Shown piece after piece: positions 29,913-39,495 of a stretch of 64,000 nucleotides of DNA (its first letter is position 1; the number at the start of each line of letters is the position of its first letter). The position numbers and the translations under genes were made by a program. The stretch covers positions 3,360,001-3,424,000 of the forward strand of contig OZ251518.1 in assembly GCA_965242965.1 (NCBI GenBank). Reading direction: 5' to 3'. Under the pieces are notes generated by a model. That model searched no databases and was not told the DNA's origin. It worked only from the letters and a program-made list of their open reading frames with translations. Source of the stretch: Candidatus Poribacteria bacterium (lineage in GTDB: Bacteria; Poribacteria; WGA-4E; WGA-3G).

Positions 29913-31499
29913 CTAAAAATTTAACGGCAACGCGCGCTGCAGCGGTTTCCCCGTATACGGATTAATCATATCCGGCAGCCGCGGCAGCCGTTCATGAAAC
30001 CAACGCTCAACCGAGTAAAACTGAACGCGCGGGAAGACGTGGTTCCCTATCTGCACGTTACCGAGTTTCGCCACCTCATTCTGCGCCGCCGATGAGGTAA
30101 CTTCCTCTAAAGTGATATAGACACCCATCACGGCGTTTTCACGCTGAACGACATGCAAGAAATCGCGCAACTGGCTGAGCGAGAACTTCCCACTCTTCAC
30201 CTGACCGAGGACGATTTTGGTAAAGTCGCCATCGGGCGTTTCCAGCGTATTCCCGATGCCATCAATACCGCCATCTGCACCGCCGCGCTCGTTCGGCGCA
30301 AGGCCCGGGATGAGGTTCACAGCCCATATCTCAAAGTGCCGCCGGTTCTCACCGGCGAGCCGCATCGCACTCGCCAAATCTGCGGGTACCCCATAGGTTG
30401 GGATATGGCGGCCCGGAAACCGCTGCGTTTTGATGACATCAAGTGCAGAGGGATTAATATCAATGCCAATCCACTTGCGATTGAGCGTATCGGCGGCGAC
30501 GACGGTGGTGCCGCAGCCACAAAACGGATCCAACACAATATCTCCTTCGTCCGAGGAAGAGCGAATGATGCGTTCAAGGAGTTCGATCGGTTTCTGCGTG
30601 TTGTATCCGAGACTCGCTTTCCCTCGCACGGGCGCGATGTCTGTCCAGATATCCTGCAACGGCACCCCTTTCGCCTCGCTCAGATATTTCTTGTAATAAA
30701 AGGGCCCGCCGTCTCGCAGTTGCACCAGCATATTAGACTTGTGCATCCGCTGCATATTCGCTTCAGTGAACCGCCAAGCCCGCGTGATGCCTTGAAACGT
30801 ATAGGGTTTGTTCCCGCCAGCCTCGTTGGTGCAAGGCAGCAACCGATACAGCCCTTTTGCATCCTGATGCTTGTAATGCGATGCAATATAGGCAGCATCA
30901 TACGGCGTATATTGGATGCGATATTTCGCCTGTGGGGACATCACGTAATAGAAAATGATGTCATGATTCCTACCCATGTGGGAGGTAGCGAGGTTGTGCG
31001 TGTCTAACCGCCGCTTCCAGACGATTTCGTTTCGGAAGTTGGCCGCCCCAAAGAGCGTATCCATAACGATTTTGAGATAGTGACCCGCGGTGTCATCGCA
31101 GTGCAGATAAACACTGCCGGTCGGCTTAAGGACGCGCTTTATCTCAATCAAGCGAATCGCCATGTAACTGACATAAGCCATCATCCCGCAGTCGCCGAGA
31201 ATCTGGTGCAACCCGACGATGGCTTTGTGAATTGGCGAAGCAACCATGCCGGTGAGCTCATCAACGCGTGCCTGCGCATCGGGCGTCCAATGCCACGTAT
31301 CGTCAAATGCCTTCAGCGACGCGGCGCGCGTGCCTTTGTTCGCCATCTCTGCCTCCAGCGCGTAAAGTTGGTTATATTGCTGCTTGGAATTGAACGGCGG
31401 ATCTCCGTAGACGATGTCCACCCAATCATCCGGCCATTGCCGCAAGATGTGGAGATTGTCGCCGTAGTGGAGGCTATTCAACGCGGGAATTGTTAACAT
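29913..31499 (-). CDS. Beta-class DNA methyltransferase with Mrr-like C-terminus (paralogue 3, more divergent)
   Basis: GDNL, DPPFNS, FRNEIVW, YNTQKP, DPFCGCGTT, DGGIDG...QVKSG, PDMINPYTGKP. Confidence 0.9.
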   Translation of the reverse strand: MLTIPALNSLHYGDNLHILRQWPDDWVDIVYGDPPFNSKQQYNQLYALEAEMANKGTRAASLKAFDDTWHWTPDAQARVDELTGMVASPIHKAIVGLHQILGDCGMMAYVSYMAIRLIEIKRVLKPTGSVYLHCDDTAGHYLKIVMDTLFGAANFRNEIVWKRRLDTHNLATSHMGRNHDIIFYYVMSPQAKYRIQYTPYDAAYIASHYKHQDAKGLYRLLPCTNEAGGNKPYTFQGITRAWRFTEANMQRMHKSNMLVQLRDGGPFYYKKYLSEAKGVPLQDIWTDIAPVRGKASLGYNTQKPIELLERIIRSSSDEGDIVLDPFCGCGTTVVAADTLNRKWIGIDINPSALDVIKTQRFPGRHIPTYGVPADLASAMRLAGENRRHFEIWAVNLIPGLAPNERGGADGGIDGIGNTLETPDGDFTKIVLGQVKSGKFSLSQLRDFLHVVQRENAVMGVYITLEEVTSSAAQNEVAKLGNVQIGNHVFPRVQFYSVERWFHERLPRLPDMINPYTGKPLQRALPLNF

Positions 31500-31648
31500 A
31501 AAGCGTGTCCTTTTCCGTTCGATCTTCAGTGGATTTCCATTTCTGATTAACCTTATGATACCACATTAGACAACATTTTTCAAACAAAGCGATTGTAAAG
31601 CAGAGACATTTGGTTATCCAAAAAAAGGAGAGGAACGTTATCTATTTT

Positions 31649-31967
31649 GAGGGTGTCTCATAAATCGCTCAACATCGCGGTGATAGGCCCGCCGGTAGGA
31701 GAGACCTCCTGGTCTCGATTCCTCTCCTACCGGAAGGCATCGGGCCCACCTCTGTAGTTCGGGAGCGTCCGCTCCCCAACAGATCAAGATCAGGCGATCT
31801 TGATCTACAGGGGTGATGAAGTCTGACAGCCAAACGGACAGCGAGGGACAGGCCCTCGCCCTACGTGAAGGTGAGGCATTTTTTATCGTAGCGCGGAGGC
31901 CTCGGATGCCACACGCGCATCCTAGCGGGTTTCCCCCGCGACGTTGGGCGATTTATGAAACACCCTC
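31649..31967. mobile_element. TIR-bounded REP cassette
   Basis: GAGGGTGTCTCATAAATCGCTCAAC ... GTTGGGCGATTTATGAAACACCCTC (~25-bp imperfect IR) enclosing four REP types. Confidence 0.65.
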
Positions 31968-32016
31968 ATTTTATAGAAGAAATTTTACCCTATTTAGGCG
32001 AAATTTGCAAATAAAC

Positions 32017-32046
32017 TTGACAAATACCAAACAGATAGGGTATAAT
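32017..32046 (+). promoter_or_regulatory. Sigma70 promoter
   Basis: TTGACA-18 bp-TATAAT. Confidence 0.75.
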
Positions 32047-32075
32047 AGAATTAAATTTTACCACTAAGGAATCCA

Positions 32076-33134
32076 TTGCAAGTGCAGTTCACGTTGGCAA
32101 ATCCTTATTTGACGAACGCCTTGACGGCACCTTCACCACAGAGTTATCGCGAGGCGCGGTGGCGCGAACGCGGCTATTATCCGTCCCTTCGGCCGATTTC
32201 GCCTGACAGCGAAGCCGGCACCCTCATCGGGCAGATGGGTTGGGTAGGCGCGCACGCGCACGCACATCACTATCTCTGGGCATCGGCTGGCAACATGGGC
32301 GCGATTTTATCTCAACCGGTAGACGAGGCATGCCTCCTCCCGTTCAACGCAGCACCACGTTACGCACTCCCCCCGAAGATTGTCGTGAAGGGACTCGCAG
32401 GGAAACATGTGCTGCTCACGAAATCCGGGGCGCGCCTAGACATGATAGGCAGTGAGCATCCCGCGCTTAACGTTACGCTGATAGAGGTAGAACCGGACGG
32501 GACGCACTACCGGATGCGCTTCGGCACGCCGGCACAAGCCGCGTTAACGCAAACCGGTACCGCGCCTAAGCCGACGAGTGAGATGTTCCACTACCTCCTC
32601 ATTTTTGAACAGTTGGAGACACAGGGCTTCCGCGCGCTCGTCCACTTGCAACCGAAGTTTTTGAACCTTATCTCGCGCACGGAGCATGGGCACCCAGACA
32701 GGTTTTACGAATTCCTGCGCGGCTATGAACCGGAAACGCCGATTATCTACGACGCATCCGGCGGTATCGGGTTCGTGCAGGAGCGCGCCCCCGGTATCCC
32801 AGAACTCTCCTACGAGAGCCTGCGGCTGTTTGAGAATGCACCGAATTCGCCGCGTCATATCCTCTATTGGGTAGGCCACGGCACCTTCTCGCGAGGCGAA
32901 GAACTGCTTGATGCCTACAAGCATGCCGAATACTTTGAGGCCGCGGCGCGCATGGCATGGGAGGCAAACCAACAGAAAATCGACGCGCAGGCGTATACCG
33001 AAGAGATTATCCGTTGCATCCTGCGCGAATTTGAGGCGAATCTTACCGTAACCCGCGCAGCGGAAAACGGCACCGACGCGACAGAAGTCCCCGATACCGA
33101 AACGGAACCGGAAAATCTCTATAATTATCCGTAG
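32076..33134 (+). CDS. Class II aldolase/adducin family protein (rhamnulose-1-phosphate aldolase-like)
   Basis: WASAGNMG, LLTKSG, KPTSEM, LVHLQP, PGIPELS, WVGHG, EAAAR; TTG start uncertain. Confidence 0.65.
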   Translation: MQVQFTLANPYLTNALTAPSPQSYREARWRERGYYPSLRPISPDSEAGTLIGQMGWVGAHAHAHHYLWASAGNMGAILSQPVDEACLLPFNAAPRYALPPKIVVKGLAGKHVLLTKSGARLDMIGSEHPALNVTLIEVEPDGTHYRMRFGTPAQAALTQTGTAPKPTSEMFHYLLIFEQLETQGFRALVHLQPKFLNLISRTEHGHPDRFYEFLRGYEPETPIIYDASGGIGFVQERAPGIPELSYESLRLFENAPNSPRHILYWVGHGTFSRGEELLDAYKHAEYFEAAARMAWEANQQKIDAQAYTEEIIRCILREFEANLTVTRAAENGTDATEVPDTETEPENLYNYP

Positions 33135-33226
33135 CAACGTCACCGGTAGGCGCGCTTTCAAACCGCGCCTGCCGCCAGCATAAATTGGGCGAGGGCATCT
33201 CCCGCGCCACGAGGCAAAACAGCACT

Positions 33227-33838
33227 ATGCAAACACCGATAACGCCGCCGGAAACTACCGAATCGCAGAACGCATCTGCACCCCAGCAAAACGAACTCGA
33301 TGCCTACCTGCGCGAGAGCATCATCGGCAGCTACATCCGCAGCGTGAACAAGCGGCTGCGGACGCTCAGCCGCGAGGTAGAAGAAAGCGAGCAGCGCGTC
33401 GATGAAAAAATCGACGAACTGGAAACACAATTCCAAACCGAACTGGAGGCACTGAAAGCAGAAATTCGGAACCTGCCGCAGGGGTTGGAGTCGCTCATCG
33501 ATGCACGTATCGACGCGCGCCTCAACGGCATGACGCACCAAGGCGAAGACGACTTACAGAAGTTGTCCACCCTCATCAACGACTTCGCCCGCGAGTTCCA
33601 AACGCAACTGGACAGGCTTCGCACCGAAACGCAACGGGTCCGCGAGCAGACGCAGCGAACCCAGGAGGCACTTCGCGCCGAACTCGCCGATGAAACCGAG
33701 ACACTAGACATCGGCAAAGTAGACAGGCTCACACTCGCCGATGCGCTCATTACCCTCGGCACGCAACTTAAGGAAGAACACCCGAATGACATCGATCTGG
33801 ACGAAGTCCTCGCGCTCCCAGAAGAGCCCGAAGAATAA
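33227..33838 (+). CDS. Hypothetical coiled-coil protein
   Basis: E/L/Q/R-rich heptad pattern; KVDRLTLADALITLG C-terminus. Confidence 0.7.
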   Translation: MQTPITPPETTESQNASAPQQNELDAYLRESIIGSYIRSVNKRLRTLSREVEESEQRVDEKIDELETQFQTELEALKAEIRNLPQGLESLIDARIDARLNGMTHQGEDDLQKLSTLINDFAREFQTQLDRLRTETQRVREQTQRTQEALRAELADETETLDIGKVDRLTLADALITLGTQLKEEHPNDIDLDEVLALPEEPEE

Positions 33839-33850
33839 CGGAGACACATC

Positions 33851-34906
33851 ATGCGCGATTTAAGAGGCGGATATAGACAGCCGCGCTTACAGTATCTCGC
33901 AATGCTATGGCTCATTTTCGTGTTACCTGTCGCTGCCGAAGAGATAACCGTCCTCGCTGTCGGCGATATTACTATTGGCACGCGGTTGACATACCTCATT
34001 GAAACGGAAGGCGCGCGCGTCTTTTTTGAGGGCACCGCGCCGCTCATTCAGTCCGCTGACATCGCCACCGCCTCGCTCAACACCAGCATCTCCGAGAGAG
34101 GCGAACCGCGCTACGGAATCAAGCATCCGTTTCGGGCAGCACCGGGACTCGGCCGCGCCCTCGCCAACGCAGGGTTCGATGCCGTCACACTCGCTACGCC
34201 GCACAGCATGGACTTCGGGGTGGAAGCACTCCACGACAGCCTCGCCGAACTCAAGGCGTTCAACGTCAAACCGCTCGGAGCCGGACTAACAGCAGCGGCG
34301 GCCCGGCAACCGGCGTGGGTAACCGTGAAAGGCACGGAAAAACAGGTAGCATTGCTCGGCTATTACCGGCACAGCGAATTCGCACAATATACCGAAGACC
34401 CGGTTGCGTATGCCGTTTACAGCGACATGGTAAACGCTGTCAAGAAGGCACGCGACAAGGCTGCACTCGTCATCGTCTGGCTGCACTGGGGCACCGCCGC
34501 ACCCGATGAGGAGAAACGAGAAACAGCTGTCGGTAGGCAACAACTCTTCGCGCAAATGCTAATTGACGCAGGCGCAGACATGGTGCTTTGTCAACAATTG
34601 CATACCTTCGGTGGGATGGAAATTTATCGCGGGAAACTGATTGTCTACAGCCTCGCCGATTTCCTTTACGATGCTTACGCCAAGCAACATGCACACATCG
34701 TTATCCCGAAGGCGACGTTCATGGACAGCACGCTAGTCTCAATAGAACTGATTCCGATTGCGACAGAAACACCGGATGCAGTCTATCAACCGCAACGCCT
34801 CCACGGTGCAGCCGCCGTTGAGACGTTGCAAGCGTATCAACAGCGGTGCAAGAAGTTCGACACGGAGGTAACCCTTGAAGGAGAACGTGGATGGATTCGG
34901 CCCTAA
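33851..34906 (+). CDS. CapA / PGA_cap family metallophosphoesterase-like protein
   Basis: AVGDI, AGFDAVTLATPHSMDFG, WLHWG, IDAGAD, YSLADF; start may instead be 33902. Confidence 0.85.
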   Translation: MRDLRGGYRQPRLQYLAMLWLIFVLPVAAEEITVLAVGDITIGTRLTYLIETEGARVFFEGTAPLIQSADIATASLNTSISERGEPRYGIKHPFRAAPGLGRALANAGFDAVTLATPHSMDFGVEALHDSLAELKAFNVKPLGAGLTAAAARQPAWVTVKGTEKQVALLGYYRHSEFAQYTEDPVAYAVYSDMVNAVKKARDKAALVIVWLHWGTAAPDEEKRETAVGRQQLFAQMLIDAGADMVLCQQLHTFGGMEIYRGKLIVYSLADFLYDAYAKQHAHIVIPKATFMDSTLVSIELIPIATETPDAVYQPQRLHGAAAVETLQAYQQRCKKFDTEVTLEGERGWIRP

Positions 34907-36812
34907 CACCCTACAACGTGGCTTCACGCCGAAGGTGGTTATCGCCGCACTCATCCTCATACCCCTCAACGTTTTTTGGATTATTCAACTGGAGGTAGTC
35001 CGCTATACACACCCGACGCTCATCCATCCGCTGTCCAACGTCATCTTCATCCTCTTTTGGCTGATGGTGCTCAGCGCGATGCTCGGCGCATTCTCAAAGC
35101 AGTTGCGTCTATCAGGTGCCGAGTTGCTCACGCTCTATGTCATCTTGTGCATCGTCTCCTCGCTTTGCTCGCACGATATGATGGAGATACTCGTCACGAT
35201 TCTGGGGCATCCGTTTCGGTTCGCGACACCGGAAAATGAGTGGGCACAACTCTTCTGGAAAGAACTGCCGACGTGGCTAACAGTGCAGGATGCCAGCGTC
35301 TTGTCCGGCTATTACGAAGGGAATTCCACCCTTTACGAGAAGGCACACCTCCGCGCATGGGCAGGCCCCGCGGCGTGGTGGACGCTCTTCATCCTCGTGT
35401 TGATGGGCGTTATGCTCTGCATCAACACGCTTCTCCGGCTGCAGTGGACAGAGCGCGAACGGTTGACGTATCCCATCATCCAACTGCCGCTCGCAATGAC
35501 AGAGGGACAAACAAGTTTCTTTAAAAACAAATTGATGTGGATAGGTTTCAGCATCGCCGCAGGCATCAGCATCCTGAATTTATTGAACTCGATTTACCCG
35601 GCGGTGCCGTATCTCCCCATCAAACGGCAAAACATACACCAATATTTTACCGGCAGACCTTGGAATGCGATGGGCGGCGTGCGGCTCTCGTTTTATCCGT
35701 TCGCCATCGGCATCAGCTATCTCATTCCGTTGGACCTGCTGTTTTCCTGCTGGGTATTCTATTGGCTCTATAAGTTTGAACTCATGGGCGGCAGCATCAT
35801 CGGCGTGCGAAGTTTACCCGGCTTTCCGTATGCCGATGCACAAGCACTCGGCGCATATCTCGCGCTCCTCGGCAGTGCCGCGTGGATAGGCCGCTCGCAC
35901 TTGAGATACATCATCGCCTGCATTCGTGACAGCAGTGCCGACATGCAACACGAACCGATGCCCTATCGCATCGCGCTCCTCGGCATCGTCATCGGCATGC
36001 TCTTTTTGACGGTATTTTCGTATCAGGCAGGCATGTCGCTCTGGGTGATTCCGCTATTTTTCGGGATATACTTCCTACTAGCGACGATGATTGCAAGGTT
36101 GCGCGCCGAACTCGGGTTCCTCGTGCACGATTTGCACCAGATCGATCCGCACGGGACACTCGTTACGCTGTTTGGCACACAACGGTTGACAGTGGGAACC
36201 AAAGCAGTCTTCTCACTTTACATGTTCTTTAACCGGGCCTACCGCGCGCATCCGATGCCGCAGCAGTTGGAAGCATTCAAAATCGCCGAACGAAGGCAAA
36301 TCAATCCGCGTCACACCGTCGCCGCCGTATTCTTCGCCACCGTTGTCGGTGCAGTCGTCGTCTTCTGGTTGCTGTTAGACAGTTACTACCGGCACGGTGC
36401 CGAGACAGGCTATTACGGCCCGTGGGCATTAGGCTTCGGGAGAGGTGTGTATCGGCAACTCGAAAACTGGCTGAACTATCCGCAAGGCACGGATGTCCCT
36501 GCGCTGGCGTTCGTGGGCGGCGGCTGCGCCTTTGCGGTTGGGATGATGGTGTTACGCACCCGGTTCTTGTGGTGGCCCCTGCATCCACTCGGCTACGCGA
36601 TGGCGAACAGTTGGGGGATGTATAACCTTTGGAGTTGCATTTTTGTCGCGTGGATAGCCAAGGCACTCGTGCTGCATCAAGGCGGACTGAAGGCGTACCG
36701 ACGGACGGTGCCCCTCTTTCTCGGGCTCGCCCTCGGTGACTACCTCTGCGGCAGCCTGTGGAGCATCGGTAGCATCATCGCGAACACGACGCTTTATCAA
36801 TTTTGGCCGTAA
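34887..36812 (+). CDS. Polytopic membrane protein (DUF6785/DUF6784-like, putative transporter)
   Basis: Many TM helices; QWTERERLTYPIIQLP, RLRAELG, WWPLHPLGY, PLFLGLALGD. Confidence 0.7.
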   Translation: MDGFGPNTLQRGFTPKVVIAALILIPLNVFWIIQLEVVRYTHPTLIHPLSNVIFILFWLMVLSAMLGAFSKQLRLSGAELLTLYVILCIVSSLCSHDMMEILVTILGHPFRFATPENEWAQLFWKELPTWLTVQDASVLSGYYEGNSTLYEKAHLRAWAGPAAWWTLFILVLMGVMLCINTLLRLQWTERERLTYPIIQLPLAMTEGQTSFFKNKLMWIGFSIAAGISILNLLNSIYPAVPYLPIKRQNIHQYFTGRPWNAMGGVRLSFYPFAIGISYLIPLDLLFSCWVFYWLYKFELMGGSIIGVRSLPGFPYADAQALGAYLALLGSAAWIGRSHLRYIIACIRDSSADMQHEPMPYRIALLGIVIGMLFLTVFSYQAGMSLWVIPLFFGIYFLLATMIARLRAELGFLVHDLHQIDPHGTLVTLFGTQRLTVGTKAVFSLYMFFNRAYRAHPMPQQLEAFKIAERRQINPRHTVAAVFFATVVGAVVVFWLLLDSYYRHGAETGYYGPWALGFGRGVYRQLENWLNYPQGTDVPALAFVGGGCAFAVGMMVLRTRFLWWPLHPLGYAMANSWGMYNLWSCIFVAWIAKALVLHQGGLKAYRRTVPLFLGLALGDYLCGSLWSIGSIIANTTLYQFWP

Positions 36813-36945
36813 TTAGAATGGAGTTTTCATATTTGTGAAAACTTAGCCTAAGGAACGTAGGCATCAACATAACGTCAATCTCAACGACAGCCCTGGGAAG
36901 GGACGCTTAGTTCACAACTGGAACGCTTTGCATCAGGAGGAAAAT

Positions 36946-39474
36946 ATGGAAATGGAAGAAAGAGAAGACACACAAAACGAACATAAGCGCGAACCGCGCG
37001 CACCCGAAAAAAAACAGAACCGGGAGTTCCCGGTGCTTCCGCTGGATGATCTGGTGGTTTTTCCGTATATGCCGCCTGTTCCGCCGTTCCCGCCGCACCA
37101 CGTCGCGCTTTCCGGCGAAATGGCGACAGCCGCCGTGGAGGCGACGACGCGGAGCGAACGCGGGCTTTGCATCTTCCGGCCGAACCCCGACATCACCTAT
37201 GAGCAGATTCCAAACATCACCAAGGCAGACCTGAGTCCTATCGGGAGCCTCGTCCACATCCTTCGCTTTAAAAAAGACGACGGCGATATTCTCTTCCTCG
37301 CGCACGGACGCGAACGCGTCACGATTGAGGAGATTCTCTCCACCGAACCCTTTATCACCGCGCGCATCGCTATTGTCAACAGCGAACCCGAAGAACAAGA
37401 TGCCGAGTATTACCCAAATTTGGAATTGGAGGCACTCGTGCGCAGCAACGAGGAAATGTTCCAGCGCATTGTCGCCATGTCCGGCCGCTACCAAGAGGAA
37501 TACGGCGCGCTTACCAAAACGATAGAGCAGCCCGGCCGCCTCGCCGACTATATCGCCGCTGTGCTTGACTTAAAACCTGCCGATAAGCAGCGGATTTTGG
37601 AGGCGGTGTCCATCACGAAGCGGTTGAATTCCCTCGCCATCATCCTCGCGCGGGAACTCGATTTGCACGAATTGGAGAATAAAATCCAGCACAGCGCGCA
37701 ATCCGTCATTAACAAAGGCCAGCGCGAATACTATCTCCGCGAACAACTCAAAGCCATTCAGACAGAACTCGGCGAAGCGGAAGACCTCGGGCTGGAAACC
37801 GACGAACTCCGCGAACAACTCCGCACCACTGCCATGCCCGAAAAGGCGAAACAGACTGCGGAGAAGGAGCTCAAACGCCTCTCGAAGATGCAGTCTTTCT
37901 CACCGGAATCTACCGTCTCTCGGAATTACCTCGATTGGCTTCTCAACCTACCTTGGGAGGTAAGCACCGAAGATAGTTTAGACCTGGGTGCAGCAAAGAC
38001 CGTTCTTGACGAAGACCACTACGGCTTAGAGAAGGTAAAAGAGCGGATTGTCGAACACCTCGCCGTGCGGATGCTCCACACGCGGCGCGCAAAGGATGAC
38101 AGTGACACCGAAAGCGAAACAAGCGAGGACGTTGATTCGCAAAAGCCGGCGGCTTTTCTCACGCCTGAAATGAAAAGCCCGATTTTCTGCTTTGTCGGGC
38201 CGCCGGGTGTCGGCAAAACGTCCCTCGGCCGCTCCATCGCCCGCGCCATGGATAGGAAGTTCGTCCGCGTTTCCCTCGGCGGTATGCACGATGAAGCAGA
38301 AATCCGCGGGCACCGCCGCACCTACATCGGTTCGATGCCGGGGCGTATTCTGAAAGGCCTCCGCAACGCCGAATCCAACAATCCCATCTTTATGCTTGAT
38401 GAGATTGACAAACTCGGTTCCGATTTCCGCGGCGACCCGGGTGCCGCCCTGCTCGAAGTGCTGGATCCGGAGCAGAACCACGCCTTCACCGACAACTACC
38501 TTGATGTCCCGTTCGATCTTTCCAAGGTGATGTTTATCACCACGGCGAATCAACTGGACACGATTCCTATCGCGCTGCGCGACCGGATGGAGACGCTTGA
38601 ACTCGCCGGCTATACCGCCAACGAAAAACAGCAGATTGCCAAGCAGTATCTCATCCCGCGCCAACTCACGGCGAACGGACTGACGGCGGAACAGCTGCAC
38701 ATTGAGGATGCGGCAATAGATACCGTCATCGGTGGGTATACCCGTGAGGCAGGCGTGCGGAATTTGGAGCGCGAACTCGGCACCCTCTGCAGAAAAGAAG
38801 CACGCCGTGTCGCTGAAGGCATGACAGCCGGAACAACGAAGATTTCGGCGAAAAGCATCCCCGATTACCTCGGGCCGGAGAAGTTCACCGCCGAAGTCGC
38901 CGGCCGCAAGGCGGAAATCGGTGTCGCCACCGGGCTCTCTGTCACCCCTGCAGGCGGCGAAATCCTGTTCGTGGAGGTAGCCACGCATTCCCGCGCCGAT
39001 GGTGACAGAGAACGCGCGCACTCGTCGCAACTCCGCATCACCGGACAACTCGGAAATGTGATGCAGGAATCGGCGCAGACCGCGCTCAGTTACGTCAAAT
39101 CGCAAGCGGAGGCACTCCACTTTAACCCGGGCGTGTTGGATACCGACATCCACATCCATGTCCCCGCCGGCGCGATTCCAAAGGACGGCCCCTCGGCAGG
39201 CATTACGATGGCTACCGCCCTCGCCTCCATCGCCACGGGGAAACGCATCAGTCCGGATATCGCGATGACAGGCGAACTCACCCTGCGCGGCAGAGTCTTG
39301 CCTATCGGTGGCCTGAAAGAGAAAATTCTCGCCGCCAAACAGGCGGGCATCAAGAAGATTATCGTCCCGCGCGGCAACGAAAACCATTTTGTCGATATCC
39401 CGGAAGACATTCAAGCCGGGATAACGTTCCGTTTCGTGGAATTTATGAGCGAAGTTTTTCAGGAGATATTTTGA
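36946..39474 (+). CDS. lon: ATP-dependent Lon protease
   Basis: LDEDHYGLEKVKERI, GPPGVGKTS, RRTYIGSMPG, PKDGPSAG, IGGLKEK. Confidence 0.97.
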   Translation: MEMEEREDTQNEHKREPRAPEKKQNREFPVLPLDDLVVFPYMPPVPPFPPHHVALSGEMATAAVEATTRSERGLCIFRPNPDITYEQIPNITKADLSPIGSLVHILRFKKDDGDILFLAHGRERVTIEEILSTEPFITARIAIVNSEPEEQDAEYYPNLELEALVRSNEEMFQRIVAMSGRYQEEYGALTKTIEQPGRLADYIAAVLDLKPADKQRILEAVSITKRLNSLAIILARELDLHELENKIQHSAQSVINKGQREYYLREQLKAIQTELGEAEDLGLETDELREQLRTTAMPEKAKQTAEKELKRLSKMQSFSPESTVSRNYLDWLLNLPWEVSTEDSLDLGAAKTVLDEDHYGLEKVKERIVEHLAVRMLHTRRAKDDSDTESETSEDVDSQKPAAFLTPEMKSPIFCFVGPPGVGKTSLGRSIARAMDRKFVRVSLGGMHDEAEIRGHRRTYIGSMPGRILKGLRNAESNNPIFMLDEIDKLGSDFRGDPGAALLEVLDPEQNHAFTDNYLDVPFDLSKVMFITTANQLDTIPIALRDRMETLELAGYTANEKQQIAKQYLIPRQLTANGLTAEQLHIEDAAIDTVIGGYTREAGVRNLERELGTLCRKEARRVAEGMTAGTTKISAKSIPDYLGPEKFTAEVAGRKAEIGVATGLSVTPAGGEILFVEVATHSRADGDRERAHSSQLRITGQLGNVMQESAQTALSYVKSQAEALHFNPGVLDTDIHIHVPAGAIPKDGPSAGITMATALASIATGKRISPDIAMTGELTLRGRVLPIGGLKEKILAAKQAGIKKIIVPRGNENHFVDIPEDIQAGITFRFVEFMSEVFQEIF

Positions 39475-39495
39475 AGTCTTCAAGGAGATATTCTC

